A DNA stretch of 62,776 nt, filler included, from Stramenopiles sp. TOSAG23-3 (taxonomy: Eukaryota): assembly GCA_900128585.1 (NCBI GenBank). It is 8 parts of 8 records of this genome, joined end to end, with 100 filler letters (N's around TTAATTAATTAA, not from the genome) between each part and the next. Parts side by side here need not be neighbours in the genome. Positions count along the whole stretch, not along the records: positions 1 to 9,838 come from LT642874.1; positions 9,939 to 19,767 come from LT642875.1; 6 more parts are not named here. One strand, 5' to 3'. The notes beneath the pieces are model-generated. The model did no database searches. It had not been told where the DNA came from and saw nothing but the letters and a program-made list of their open reading frames with translations. The translations under genes and the position numbers were made by a program. Below are positions 1-10,852 of the stretch, piece by piece (position 1 is the stretch's first letter; every line of letters starts with the position of its first letter).

Positions 1-2
1 GG

Positions 3-461
3 GAAGAGATACTGTCGAAGAAGTCCAAGCATGCCGGCCTCGGGGACGACCTGCGCAAGAATGAAATGGAGAGGCAGCTCGACCTGCTGGCCGAGAAAGA
101 GGCCATGGTGAAGAAAATGGCGGAACAGAAAGAGATGGAGGTGACTGCGTATTGTTGCGTGGACTGCGGCTACCTGCTCGAACGGGCCCATACGAGCTGC
201 GTTCGAGACGGGCACGCCTGCCACGAAATCAAAGCCACCAAGCGCTTTTTCAAGTGCACCGGGTGCGGCCGAAGGGAATCCACCCTTGGGGCCAAGATTT
301 ACAAAAAGACGTGCATGCGCTGCAAAGGGACGTCCTGGAGGTTAGACTCGCTGTCGGGGGTTGCCACGGAAGCCAAGCGGAAAAAGTTTGACATTACAAA
401 AGACTCGCGGGCAAGCGAAAAGTCCTCGTACCTGACCGGCAGGTACTACGCAGACCGATGA
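3..461 (+). CDS. MCM10: Mcm10 replication factor, C-terminal zinc-binding region (5'-truncated)
   Basis: Frame is open from nt 3 (EEILSKKSKH...). CxxC...C...H followed by KRFFKCxxCGxR...CxxC...W matches the Mcm10 C-terminal CCCH/CCCC motifs. Confidence 0.88.
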   Translation, partial: EEILSKKSKHAGLGDDLRKNEMERQLDLLAEKEAMVKKMAEQKEMEVTAYCCVDCGYLLERAHTSCVRDGHACHEIKATKRFFKCTGCGRRESTLGAKIYKKTCMRCKGTSWRLDSLSGVATEAKRKKFDITKDSRASEKSSYLTGRYYADR

Positions 462-700
462 GGGGGGGGGGAAGGGTCGAAACGTTTTTGAGAGAGAAAG
501 ATTATGAAAAAGAGCAGCTCATAAGTTTGTGCATTTTAATGAGAAGATAAAATTTTAAGTTTAAGAGTAATTCTGGAAAAACACAAAAAAGCTGTACATA
601 TGTATACTCATAAACTTTTTTCTAAATTTCCTTGACCTGTACAAATAGATTATGGGAAAATCCACGGTTACATCGTTTTCCCGTGTGTAAAAAATTGTCT

Positions 701-1144
701 TCAAAACCCCATGTCCGCCGCAATTTCTTCGGCCTTCATGTCTTTTTCATGGGAGCTGGTCATAAACTCACAGAAATGTTCAAAGTCTTCAACGCCCAAC
801 AGGGCGTCGAGAATTGCCGTGGAGTACTTGTCCCCTTCCTCTAAGTTCTCCCGGACCGTGTTCAAAAATTCAGTTTTCGTAAGGTTGCGATCTTTCAGGT
901 AATCGGACAGGATGGCCTCCACCATCGTACAGTATACCTCGAACATGTCGTAAGCCTTGTGGGAGAACGACCCATCTTCCAGGATGGACTCCGCAAACAA
1001 AGCAGCATTGTTCATGGCAAACGCTACAAGTTGTCGTTCAATACCATTCAAAACCGCATCGATCTCGTTCGCAAACTCTACCTTTGCTTCCGTTCCAAAC
1101 ATACCGCTATCATCCTCATCATCGTAAACTCCACCATCATCCAT
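701..1144 (-). CDS. BART (ARL2-binding) domain protein, CFAP36/ARL2BP-like
   Basis: F..NN..LF...YDMFEVYCTMVEAILSDYL...EFL...LLGVEDFEHFCEFM follows the BART pattern. First ATG is at 1144; the track start is TTG. Confidence 0.72.
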   Translation of the reverse strand: MDDGGVYDDEDDSGMFGTEAKVEFANEIDAVLNGIERQLVAFAMNNAALFAESILEDGSFSHKAYDMFEVYCTMVEAILSDYLKDRNLTKTEFLNTVRENLEEGDKYSTAILDALLGVEDFEHFCEFMTSSHEKDMKAEEIAADMGF

Positions 1145-1857
1145 CGGAACGCCAAAAGCCAAGCCAACAGCTCCTCAACTCGCTCCTCCTACCTCACGAA
1201 TTATCAACACCAAACCCACTAACCACACCGTGATCGTCAACACCCACAATACAAAATGCAAACAGCAAAAAAACTAACACAATTGGTACACTTTTAAAAA
1301 ATAAAAACACGCAGTACGTTCCCTTGTAAAAAAAAACATAATCCTCTTTTTTAGTTCAATCAATAATTCATCAAAAAAAAAAAAAAAGTATGTGATAGGT
1401 AAAATTAAATACATTTATATAGTATACTAAATATCCAAGTATAAGATCCATTTTATTTTTCTTCCCTATTTTTAAACCTTTGAATGAAGAAATGGTTTTG
1501 ACGTTAGTTGGTGTTGCATTCGTTACCGATGGATTGTATTTTATTATAATATAAACTCAACTTTCATAAAAATATATGAAAGAATGTATTTGACATGAAA
1601 CATTTTTTTTTTTTTTTTTTAAATATGAGAAATTCGTTAGTTGCAAGTATTTTGAATGTAAAAGTAAACGAAATGAAGCGATAGGTTTATAGATGAACGA
1701 AACGTTTCGGTTTCCGTTTCATTGTTGATTTTTTTGAAGAGGAGAGAGAATTGTTGCGTTTGTTTGTGTTTGTGTGCATTCGTTTGCGCTCGTATACTTT
1801 TTTATTGTTGTAGCGTAAGTAACACACGGGTGGCGTGGTAGTGTGGTCTGTGGAAAG

Positions 1858-4323
1858 ATGAGCTCAAGGGGGGCCAAAGGCTTGAAGGTTTTAAAAAAGC
1901 AGAACGCAAGGAAAGCAAAAGCGAAAGCGGACAAAAAGAAAAAGGCTGAAAAGCGAAAGAAGCGGGGTGAAAAGAGAGGCGATAGTGGAAGGATTGGTGT
2001 GACAAACCGTGACCGCCAACAGGAAGGGGAAAATCCGGCAAGGCGTGGGGAAAATAATGGGAAGAAGACGCCAGGGACAGAAGAGGTGCCCGACGAAGCA
2101 CCGGTAAAGATTATGGTAGCACAATTTTTGGACGTGGTGGGCGACTCGGTCACGATTGAAAAGGCCTTGTTTTACCTGAAAAAGAAAGACTTTGATATTG
2201 AGGCAGCCATTTCTCTTTATCTTACTACACAATCCACCACTGAAGATACCGCCAACAGCGACGACGACGCTGCGAAAGAAACCGGTGCCGATACCGACGT
2301 GATCTTTTCTAGCGATTCGTTTCCCGTGGACGGAGAGTTGTCAGGGGAAGAAAAGTCAAAGTTGAAAAGCGTCGTGGATATACTGGGCGACTCGGTCACG
2401 ATGGAAAAGGCTATTTTTTACCTGAAAGAGTGCAACTTCGATGCCGACAGGGCGGTCTCATTATACTTTACCCGGCAATCTGAGGTAGAGGACGGGGGGA
2501 GTAGTGCAGATGAGGCACTGAAACGCGATAAGCTCGAGATGCTGGATCATATCACGGACAGCGACGACGACAGCGACACGGATTTGATAGACGCAGTTGT
2601 CGTTGGGGACGAGGCTCTTGTACGAATTTTGGTGGAGTCCAAGAGGACCGCATCTCACACCCTCGACTGGATGCAGTACTTGCGAAAAAAGGGTGAAAAT
2701 GGGAAAGACGCGTTTGAGACTGCCGTGGAGCTGAACTTGACTGGGATAGTGAAATTATTGCACGAGGAAGGTGCAGTGAACTTAAATGCGGAGACGCCGT
2801 CGGATGAAAACCAGTACGTCACGTCCTGTCTTGTATCAGCCGCGTCAAACGACCGTCTTCAGATGGTCAAATACCTTGTCGAGCATGGCGCCCTTTGGCA
2901 GACCAATAGTGCTGTCCTCGAGGCGGCGGTTGGAGAGTCGAGAGAATATTTGCAGTCTATTCGCTCAATTTCTGACCCTCCGCCGACCGTTGAGCAGGAA
3001 GAGGAAGAGACGCCGATGGCAGTGCATGAGAACCAACTTCGCTCCATCCCCAAAGGCAATATTGCGCCGTTCGAAGTCGAAGGTCCTCTATCGCCCACGG
3101 CAAGCACTGACGGAAACCAGCGGCAGCGCGGCAATCTCTTGGCGCTTTTGTGTTCCTGTGCAGTCGGCTTTATCATGCTTGTGGTGATGCTGCCATTGTC
3201 CTTTTCATACGTAGAGTTGACTCAGCATGGAATATTTGTCGAAAGGTACTCCCGGGCAGTGTCGTACGGCGGCAAAGTGTTCCCCCCTGGGCGCTACTTC
3301 AACGGGCTGGTCCGCGACATGGTTGTGTTTCCGAAGCGCTCCATAATTACGTACCTGAACGACACCAGTGTACGAACTATTGACGGTCTAATGTTCAGCA
3401 TCGATTTTGCCCTGCAGTACCGTCTGAAAACGGAAACACTCTACGACATGATGCTGGAGCATGGCAATTTGGAGACGCTTGATTTGCACCCATACATGGG
3501 CACGCTTGTACAAAGCCGAGCGAACGAAGTGATGTCAAAGCATAGCGGGACAAAAGTCTTGACGGACAGAGAGTTGTTAACCGCCGAGCTACAATCGGAA
3601 ATTACGAAGGAAATAGAAGGGCGGGGATTCGACGTTGTCAACGTCTTTGTGCTGAACATGGACCCGCCAGGCAAAGAGCTCGATTTGAAATTAGAAGCTA
3701 TTCTGCTGTTGAAACTGGAAGAAACACTGAAGAAAGAAGAGTTGAAATTAGAATCTATCGTCGCAGAAACTAGGCGAATGGTTGAGTACAAAGAAACGAA
3801 CCTGAGCGCGTACGTCGCTTTACACGGGGTTGAGCGAGAAATAATCGAGGCTTCCTTGGAAAAAAGTCGCTTGGGGATTTTCTACAAGACCCTCTTCCAG
3901 ACGACACTCATTCAAAACCAAAATTTGAACGCCCGGTCTGTTTACGAGAAACAGACAGAGGTTCTCAACGCCGTAAAGGAACTCCAAGTCGCGCTTGCCG
4001 AGGAAAAAAGAGAGAGCAAGGTGCTTCACACAAGAATCCCTTACATGGTGAGCAAAGCGCAGTACGAATCCTTTTTACAAAACATCTCGGCAACGGTTCA
4101 AAAAGAAGTCTCGAATCGAATACAGCGAACCGTTGCCACTGGTATCGTGACTCGTTCGAAGGCAACAAAATCGTCATTAAAGGCTTTTGACGCCGCCCTG
4201 GGCGAAACAAAGTACAACGGTGAAAGTGCCCTGGGAATCGAATGGATTGACGCGGTTGTCAACCAAGCGCAGAAAGGTATCGCATTTGACAGGTACACGC
4301 CTAAGAAGTTAGTAGGGAAATGA
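1858..4323 (+). CDS. Multidomain protein: two UBA-like domains, ankyrin repeats, TM helix, SPFH/Band-7 domain, coiled coil
   Basis: Two xFxDVVGDSVTxEKAxFYLKxxxFDxxxAxSLY repeats. Ankyrin-like TAFETAVELN and CLVSAASNDRLQMVKYLVEHGA. Hydrophobic helix, then PPGRYF...VRTIDGLMFSIDFALQYRL (SPFH). Confidence 0.8.
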   Translation: MSSRGAKGLKVLKKQNARKAKAKADKKKKAEKRKKRGEKRGDSGRIGVTNRDRQQEGENPARRGENNGKKTPGTEEVPDEAPVKIMVAQFLDVVGDSVTIEKALFYLKKKDFDIEAAISLYLTTQSTTEDTANSDDDAAKETGADTDVIFSSDSFPVDGELSGEEKSKLKSVVDILGDSVTMEKAIFYLKECNFDADRAVSLYFTRQSEVEDGGSSADEALKRDKLEMLDHITDSDDDSDTDLIDAVVVGDEALVRILVESKRTASHTLDWMQYLRKKGENGKDAFETAVELNLTGIVKLLHEEGAVNLNAETPSDENQYVTSCLVSAASNDRLQMVKYLVEHGALWQTNSAVLEAAVGESREYLQSIRSISDPPPTVEQEEEETPMAVHENQLRSIPKGNIAPFEVEGPLSPTASTDGNQRQRGNLLALLCSCAVGFIMLVVMLPLSFSYVELTQHGIFVERYSRAVSYGGKVFPPGRYFNGLVRDMVVFPKRSIITYLNDTSVRTIDGLMFSIDFALQYRLKTETLYDMMLEHGNLETLDLHPYMGTLVQSRANEVMSKHSGTKVLTDRELLTAELQSEITKEIEGRGFDVVNVFVLNMDPPGKELDLKLEAILLLKLEETLKKEELKLESIVAETRRMVEYKETNLSAYVALHGVEREIIEASLEKSRLGIFYKTLFQTTLIQNQNLNARSVYEKQTEVLNAVKELQVALAEEKRESKVLHTRIPYMVSKAQYESFLQNISATVQKEVSNRIQRTVATGIVTRSKATKSSLKAFDAALGETKYNGESALGIEWIDAVVNQAQKGIAFDRYTPKKLVGK

Positions 4324-4407
4324 GCTCTCTCTCATAAGTGAACGGGGGGGGGGCAGCGCGTGTAAATGAAAAACAAAATTTAAAAATGTCTGGGTTATTT
4401 TTAGGTC

Positions 4408-4638
4408 ATTTAAAAACAAGAAAATTGGCTGTTATTTAAGTAATGCATTTAAAAAAAATGTGTTTTAAAAAAGACAAAAGGGTTGCCAGTTCAAGAACCA
4501 AACCCCCTCCGGTTGCCTCAAACAAAATTCGTGGGCTTTCCAAAGATCCTTCCCAATTTCTAGTCAAGGGACTTAAAATATGATAATCATTGTGTAAAAT
4601 TATTACTTAAATAACAGCCAATTTTCTTGTTTTTAAAT
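4408..4638. repeat. Two copies of the dispersed 3'-end element forming a perfect 37-bp inverted repeat between convergent genes
   Basis: 4408-4444 (ATTTAAAAACAAGAAAATTGGCTGTTATTTAAGTAAT) is the exact reverse complement of 4602-4638. Confidence 0.95.
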
Positions 4639-4736
4639 ATGTTAATTTAGTTTTTCAAAAAACTATCTTATTTTTGGATTTGTAATTTAATTTCTTTGTC
4701 CCTTCATTAAAACAGTAATACCGCGCTTGGGGGTAC

Positions 4737-5942
4737 CTAGAGAGGCCATCGGGGGTAAAAATGAGCCAAGCCCTTTCGCCCGGAGGATTCTGCGAATTGC
4801 TTTTGTCTCAGTATTGATTCCTCTGGAATTGGGGGCAACGTGTAATCGTTCGCCATCACCCTCTCCATGCCCGCCCACGCAACCATAACGCCATTGTCCG
4901 TGCATAGTTCGGGGGCAGGGAATATTATATTTTTTCCCAGCGCCCTTGCCGCCTCTTTCAAATTGCTACGGACGTACTTGTTCGCCGCGACCCCGCCACA
5001 CACAACAATCGACTGGAACTGCAGTTCGGCATCGTCTTTGCAGGCATGGACGGCATTCGCAAGCCTCTGCTTCAAATGCGCAACCGCGACGCGCTGGAAA
5101 GATGCCGCAACGTTGGCTTTCACCTGGCCATCGTTCAAGTCCAGCTTTTCCGAAGCATACTTGACGGCCGTTTTCAGCCCGGAAAAGGAAAAATTGCAGT
5201 CTGTTTTGCCTCGTTTCTGTAGGGGAATTGGAAAAGGAATAGACATTTCGTCGCCGGTAGCAGCCAGGGCTTCCAAAGCGGGACCGCCGCCGGTCTTTCC
5301 GTATCCAATCCCAAGGATTCGAGCAACCTTGTCAAACGCCTCCCCCGCTGCATCGTCCAAGGTCGTCCCCAGTCTGTGGAACTCCCCGATTCCTTTGGCA
5401 ACGAGCAGAATGCTGTGCCCGCCGCTTACCACCAAAGTTAAAAATGGAAACTCTGCACGCTCCTTTGCCTGAACACGGCTTACGAGAGCGTGGGCTTCCA
5501 AGTGGTTTATAGGGACCAATGGGGCGCTCAGGTCCGTTGCAAGAGCCGTTGCCCGCTCTACGCCGACCCGCAAGCACGGCGCAAGGCCCGGTCCTGCCGT
5601 CACCGCCACAGCATCTATCGAACCCATGTCTCGCCCCGTGCCTTCCAGCTGCAACTCAATTTCTTCAAAAACGCACTGGAAATTCTTTTCATGCTCCCTT
5701 GCTGCAAGGATAGGCACAATGCCGCCGTAATCTTGGTGCACGTCCCACTGGGACGACAGGGCCTGCGCAAGAATTTCCCCACGATCGTTCACAACTGCTA
5801 TGCCGGTGTCATCGCACGATGTTTCAATTCCTAATACTAACCGTTCGCCCTCCGTTTGTGCTACAGTGAATCCTCTTCTGCTGATGCAACGGGATAAATT
5901 CTTGTCAAAGAAACGACCTGCACCACGCGAAAACGTTTGCAT
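4737..5942 (-). CDS. OSGEPL1: Mitochondrial tRNA N6-threonylcarbamoyltransferase (TsaD/Qri7/OSGEPL1)
   Basis: LGIETSCDDT, GPGL, INHLEAH, VSGGHS, DDAAGEAFDK, FSFSGLKT, GGVAAN and CTDNGVMVAW motifs. Arg-rich N-terminus resembles a mitochondrial presequence. Confidence 0.95.
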   Translation of the reverse strand: MQTFSRGAGRFFDKNLSRCISRRGFTVAQTEGERLVLGIETSCDDTGIAVVNDRGEILAQALSSQWDVHQDYGGIVPILAAREHEKNFQCVFEEIELQLEGTGRDMGSIDAVAVTAGPGLAPCLRVGVERATALATDLSAPLVPINHLEAHALVSRVQAKERAEFPFLTLVVSGGHSILLVAKGIGEFHRLGTTLDDAAGEAFDKVARILGIGYGKTGGGPALEALAATGDEMSIPFPIPLQKRGKTDCNFSFSGLKTAVKYASEKLDLNDGQVKANVAASFQRVAVAHLKQRLANAVHACKDDAELQFQSIVVCGGVAANKYVRSNLKEAARALGKNIIFPAPELCTDNGVMVAWAGMERVMANDYTLPPIPEESILRQKQFAESSGRKGLAHFYPRWPL

Positions 5943-5982
5943 ATTTATCTACCTATGTAAACACGCGGACCACACAATGCAC

Positions 5983-6026
5983 CTGCCACGCAAACTCCTC
6001 CTTCTGCCACGCAAACTCCTCCTTCT
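5983..6026. repeat. 21-bp tandem duplication upstream of OSGEPL1
   Basis: CTGCCACGCAAACTCCTCCTT occurs twice in tandem. Confidence 0.9.
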
Positions 6027-6209
6027 CCCTGTTCTCACTACAACCTATTGCACTCCCCGTACCCCAACAGTTTTCCGTTTCGTTCTTTTCTCCTCCAGAT
6101 ATACAAATAATTACGAAAAAATCCACAGCAAGCTTAGCTGAAGCAGTATCCATTCAAATCTGAAAGAAGAGGAATCGTTGATTTGCTTTTTTCATATTAC
6201 TATTGTATC

Positions 6210-6430
6210 TTTCTCTCTCTCTCTCTCTCTTCATTCTTTTAATTCTCCTCAATTTCTTCTGTCCTCCTCCTCTTCTTTCTTCTTCTTTCTTTTCTTTTTT
6301 TCTTCTTTTTCTTTCTCTTCTTTCTCTTTCTCTTTCTCTTTCTCTTTCTCTTTCTCTTTCTCTTTCTCTTTCTCTTTCTCTTTCTCTTTCTCTTTCTCAT
6401 TATTATCTCTCTTCTCTCTCTCTCTCTCTT
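6210..6430. repeat. Pyrimidine microsatellite, (TCTTTC)n and (TC)n
   Basis: Directly visible; it explains the spurious SF/LS-repeat ORFs. Confidence 0.95.
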
Positions 6431-6679
6431 ATTATATCTTCTCCCTATTAAATGTCAGTCGAACCACCACCCAACCACAACCCCAATTTTAGAGACTAAT
6501 AATAATAATATTACTGTAAATAATTATAAAATAATGGAATTAAAATATATGAGATATTGGATATTGGGAGGCATACAATATTTATGTTTTTATGTTGATA
6601 AGTATTGAGCACCCGACAATAACTTGCGTTTTGTTCGCGTCGTGCGTACGAACTACCGGTAGTAGTAGGCATAGCAACT

Positions 6680-8755
6680 ATGCTTAATTTCTTTGAGAAA
6701 GTTGGGGAAGATGTTAAGGCAACGGTAGAAGGTAGGTCACGCACACGGTCTAGTACGAACAAAGGCACTCCGAAGAGAAAGTCTTCGCTTGGGACTGGGG
6801 GGAGGAAGGGGAGAGTTTCGGGCGGGGATGCTGGCGCTGGCGCTGGCACGCCTACATCTGCGGAGAAACGCCATGCTAGTAGTATACCGAAAGAGGAACT
6901 GATGCACTTGTCAATGAAGCTGTCCAAGCGACTGAAGACGTTGGAGGCGTCGCACTCGAAAGCGCTCGGCGCGCAAAACGTTTTGGAAAATAGATGCAGT
7001 TCCTTGGAGGAAATATTGTGCGAGCTTTTTGTCTGTGCTACAGTGTCGGACAAGTCTGTGGACGACATCAGGCTGATGCTGACGGACTATTTGAGCAAGC
7101 AACAGTTGGAAAATGGCGAGGCCGGGGCAGACGACAGTAGTGAAGCGACGAAAACGTATGGGGGGGAAGCACAGGCAGAGAGCGAGGTCGAGGGCGCGCC
7201 GGATAGCAACAACGGCAGCGGTGAGCGTGAAAAAACAGTCGCCGGGGGGGGGGAATCCACCGTAGAAAACAAGGGCGCGCTGCAGCAGGAACTTGCCCAT
7301 GCGAAAAAACAGGTGGAACGGCATGTGGGGGCGACGAAGGAGCTGCGCGAACAGATAAAGAAACTTCGGGCGTCACTGGCCGACAAACGGGGCGAAGAGA
7401 CGGATTTTCAGCAGAAACTGAATACCGCAGAGGAAAAGGTGGTGCTCTTGAAGTTGCGGCTGGACAAATTAAAAGCAGAGAAGGAGCAAGAGGGCAAGAT
7501 TCACTCAAAGCTGCTCGCCGATTACAAAAACATCTCCGGGGAGCTTGCCACTGCAAAGAGAAAGTACGAATCAGAAAGGAAGGCCGTGGGTGCAAAGTCG
7601 AAAGATGTTGAGGGTTTGCAGCGGCGCGTGAAATCTATAGAAGGGGAACTGAACGACAGCCAGCTCTTGTGTGCAGAAAAGACGTCGCTGATCGGCACCA
7701 TGCGGGAGAAAATGTCTCAACGTAACATACAGGCACAAGAGTCGAAACTGAGCGATGTCAGCCAGGAGGCGGCAGACCTGAGAACAGAAGTAAGCGCGAA
7801 ACAATCCGAATGCGAGTCGCTCAAACGTCGTTTGCAAGAAGCAAACAAGGCGGTCTCGGAGGCATTGAGGGAATCACAGACCCTACGGAACGAAAACGAC
7901 GAGGCGAAATCTCGAGATATAGAGGGAAAGTCGGTAGTGAAGCGGCTGCAAAGCAAATTGGGAATTGCCATCTCCAACTCGAAAGAATCGCAGCTGGAAG
8001 CAGAGGCAGCCAAGCTTGCCGAAGCCGAAATGGCGAAAAAGGTTGAAATTGCCAATGCCCAGTTAAATGCGCTTCGAGGCATGGTGGACGAGCTGACCGC
8101 GGAGAAGAAAACGGTGGAAGAGCGCGCGATTGCGTTAAGGAATGGGCTAGAAAGCGAGAAAGCGATGAAGGCTGGCGAGCTGGAAGAAGCACGCCATGCA
8201 ATGGACGTGCTGAAAACCACGAACGCCAAGGCGCTGGCGGACCAAGAGAGACAGCTGAAAGCAACGTTTCAGAAAGAAATGGAACGCACGAAGCTGGCCG
8301 CCCAGAAAAAGTCGTCGCAGGCCATACGCCTAGTTCAAGAGAAGGATTCTGAGCTGAGCTTGATGAAGAAACAGAACATGAGATTGAAAGACGAAGTAGA
8401 GTCGGGAAGGCCAGAAGAGCGGCTCATCCTGGAATACGCCGCGGACCAAGCCAGGCGCGAATCGCAGACCAGGCTTGTGATGAACGAGCTGGATTCATTG
8501 AAAGAAAAGCTGAAGGAACGCGAAGCTACTATACTCCGGCTGCAAAAGCAGGCAGCGTCCGCGGCCAGTCAGGGGGGGGGCGAGGGGGGGGGCTACGTTG
8601 CCCAGGGACCCACGGTGAATTTAATATACTTGAAGAATGTTATCGCTCAATTCATGTCGTTTCAAGAAGGGTCGTCGGAACGAATGCGACTCGTACCTGT
8701 GATTGCCACTATCTTAAGGGATATCAAGAAAATGCAACCATCGACGACGAAGTGA
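6680..8755 (+). CDS. GRIP-domain golgin (long coiled coil)
   Basis: About 500 aa of coiled coil ending in VNLIYLKNVIAQFM...RMRLVPVIATIL, the GRIP signature. Confidence 0.85.
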   Translation: MLNFFEKVGEDVKATVEGRSRTRSSTNKGTPKRKSSLGTGGRKGRVSGGDAGAGAGTPTSAEKRHASSIPKEELMHLSMKLSKRLKTLEASHSKALGAQNVLENRCSSLEEILCELFVCATVSDKSVDDIRLMLTDYLSKQQLENGEAGADDSSEATKTYGGEAQAESEVEGAPDSNNGSGEREKTVAGGGESTVENKGALQQELAHAKKQVERHVGATKELREQIKKLRASLADKRGEETDFQQKLNTAEEKVVLLKLRLDKLKAEKEQEGKIHSKLLADYKNISGELATAKRKYESERKAVGAKSKDVEGLQRRVKSIEGELNDSQLLCAEKTSLIGTMREKMSQRNIQAQESKLSDVSQEAADLRTEVSAKQSECESLKRRLQEANKAVSEALRESQTLRNENDEAKSRDIEGKSVVKRLQSKLGIAISNSKESQLEAEAAKLAEAEMAKKVEIANAQLNALRGMVDELTAEKKTVEERAIALRNGLESEKAMKAGELEEARHAMDVLKTTNAKALADQERQLKATFQKEMERTKLAAQKKSSQAIRLVQEKDSELSLMKKQNMRLKDEVESGRPEERLILEYAADQARRESQTRLVMNELDSLKEKLKEREATILRLQKQAASAASQGGGEGGGYVAQGPTVNLIYLKNVIAQFMSFQEGSSERMRLVPVIATILRDIKKMQPSTTK

Positions 8756-8886
8756 TATAGATGTCGAATGAGAGTGACCCTGAAGCTTAACTTAAAATTT
8801 CACGATGGTACTGGGAGTCTTTATATTTTATTTTATTATGTGATATATAAGAAAACAAATTAATATACTCGTAGAGTGTATTATAT

Positions 8887-9292
8887 GTATGAGGAAGCTA
8901 AATTTAATTACTTAAATAACAGCCAATTTTCTTGTTTTTATAGAGTGTAGTACTGCTTTATATAAGTAACCTTCTTTTCATCAAAAGAATAATTCAAACA
9001 AGACGAAAGTCAAAAAAATAACGGAGCACTGCATGCACAGCGGCAAGAAGGAAAAAAGGAAAATAAATAATTATATTATATCAAGAAAATTGGCTGTTAT
9101 TTAAGTAATTAAATTTAGCGTCCTCATACCCTCAAGTTTTTAATAAAGTATTTTAAATATAATATTATTATACAGACCTATTTATAATATTATATTAATT
9201 TTAATTATAATCTTGAGAGTCTTAAAAAAACATACTATATCATTAGTTTTTTTTGATACCTTAAGTAACAGCCAATTTTCTTGTTTTTAAAT
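8887..9292. repeat. Three copies of the dispersed element, including a 48-bp inverted pair
   Basis: 8887-8934 and 9082-9129 are reverse complements with one mismatch. A third copy lies at 9260-9292 on the minus strand. Confidence 0.9.
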
Positions 9293-9361
9293 ACGGTCCA
9301 ATTTTTCGTTTTTAATCAAAATTGTCACGTCGCTAGTGTACTTCGTGCATGTTTTTTCTCT

Positions 9362-9838
9362 CTAATTTCCGCGCAGGTTTTGCGTCTCTCTTCGCGTTTT
9401 GTGAAGTTTTTTCATACGATCATAGTTTGCATACGCCTTGCTCAATTGTTTCTCCAAGGTTTCGGTGCGTTCATTTGTTGCCTTTCGAATTTCATTGTAA
9501 ATAAGTTCCACCGGGTGTGTTTCCTCATGAACGTCCGCGAAGCTGGTATCCTCGTCTTCGATTTCTGGCGTTAGTAAACCTGTCGACGTCCTAAATAAAT
9601 GTTTTTTGGTATGTGATTCCTCGCTATCCGCATCGCGGATCTCAGATACCAAAAGTCCACTTGATGACCGGAACATATTATTTCTTCTTTGCCGCCTCTT
9701 CCGCTTTTCCAAGAATCGGTATGAACTCGAGGCATTGGTTGCGTTGTTACGTTTTCTATAGACGTCTAGTTTGTGCTGCAGCAGCTCGCACCGGCGCTTC
9801 AGGCTGTTGATTTGCTTTCCCAACGTGATGTTGTTGTC
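9362..9838 (-). CDS. Hypothetical coiled-coil protein, C-terminal part (5'-truncated at linker)
   Basis: Frame is open to the contig edge. Internal repeat MFRSSSGLLVSEI / LFRTSTGLLTPEI. Confidence 0.6.
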   Translation of the reverse strand, partial: DNNITLGKQINSLKRRCELLQHKLDVYRKRNNATNASSSYRFLEKRKRRQRRNNMFRSSSGLLVSEIRDADSEESHTKKHLFRTSTGLLTPEIEDEDTSFADVHEETHPVELIYNEIRKATNERTETLEKQLSKAYANYDRMKKLHKTRRETQNLRGN

Positions 9839-9938
9839 NNNNNNNNNNNNNNNNNNNNNNNNNNNNNNNNNNNNNNNNNNNNTTAATTAATTAANNNNNN
9901 NNNNNNNNNNNNNNNNNNNNNNNNNNNNNNNNNNNNNN
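9839..9938. other. Artificial contig linker
   Basis: N44-TTAATTAATTAA-N44, giving stops in all six frames. Confidence 0.99.
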
Positions 9939-10130
9939 TTTGAGTGTAATGAGGTTTGGGAAAGAAAAGGAAAAACATTAACTTACGAAAATAATATTCC
10001 ACACGTAATTGTTTGCGTTAAAAGAAGGATTGAAAACGAAAGAGTTCCTACGAAAAGGATTGCCCCAGCCCCCTGCCACTCCCACCTTCCTTTGTAAATA
10101 CTTTTTTAGTTGGTCTTGTAGTAGTGAACA

Positions 10131-10451
10131 ATGTCCAAGCAGAACAAATTGCTTTGCGTTTCGGTGGTCTTTTTGATACTGACAAGTTTGGTGCTTTCTC
10201 GCAGAGGGGAAGAAATAGTTGAGGAGCATGCACCGTTTACAATTGATTTGCCAAAATATGCCAAAGATCGAATCAACGGATTCTTAGAGGATCACCAAAG
10301 AAATGAGATTTTCAACCAGTACCGAGAACGGCTCAACAACGAGGAGGTGAACGACTTCAAAAATTCCATGGGCGAGGCAATGAGTGAGATGGAAGTCTCC
10401 ATGTCCGAAATGTTAGGGATTGAAAAGGAGAAGAAGAAGAAAAGGCTGTGA
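10131..10451 (+). CDS. Small secreted or membrane-anchored hypothetical protein
   Basis: N-terminal hydrophobic stretch (LLCVSVVFLILTSLVLS) and coding-like composition between AT-rich flanks. Confidence 0.65.
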   Translation: MSKQNKLLCVSVVFLILTSLVLSRRGEEIVEEHAPFTIDLPKYAKDRINGFLEDHQRNEIFNQYRERLNNEEVNDFKNSMGEAMSEMEVSMSEMLGIEKEKKKKRL

Positions 10452-10540
10452 CCGATTAATGGATGGTCTGTTTAAATTTAAGAATTTCTTATCATTGATC
10501 CGTTTTCTATTTTTTTTTTATACATCTCATAACAGCCATG

Positions 10541-10772
10541 ATTTAAAAACAAAAAATTTGGCTGTTATTTAAGTAATTGCTAAGTACGACGCAAAATTTA
10601 TTTTCTTCATATACCCCGCGAAAGTGAATATGCTCCTTTTTAAAGGTTTACGCTCCTTCGTATATACTGCGAACTTATCTGTGCTTCTGAGATTTTACCA
10701 ATCAATATACCCTTGTCACTAAGTCTCGACTATATATCATTCTCATGTGTACTCCCATGCATGATCCGGAAG
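10541..10772 (+). repeat. Long copy of the dispersed repeat family
   Basis: Core motif followed by AAGGTTTACG...ACTGCGAACTTATCT...CAATATACCCTTGTCACT...CATGCATGATCCG, all shared with 48640-49525. Confidence 0.88.
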
Positions 10773-10852
10773 TAGTATTAATAGGAAAGAATTCTAATAA
10801 AAACCAAAAATATTCTGTAATATTTTTAAAAACAAGTTAATATTTCAGGCGA

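Noticed and set aside
4408-4638. MITE interpretation of the 37-bp inverted repeat
   Set aside because: No TSD, most copies are solo, and the pair at 8887-9129 has the opposite polarity. Two convergent genes each followed by one sense copy explain it better.
9883-9894. TTAATTAATTAA palindrome recurring about every 9.9 kb
   Set aside because: Always centred in 44+44 N, so it is an artificial six-frame stop linker and not a biological periodicity.
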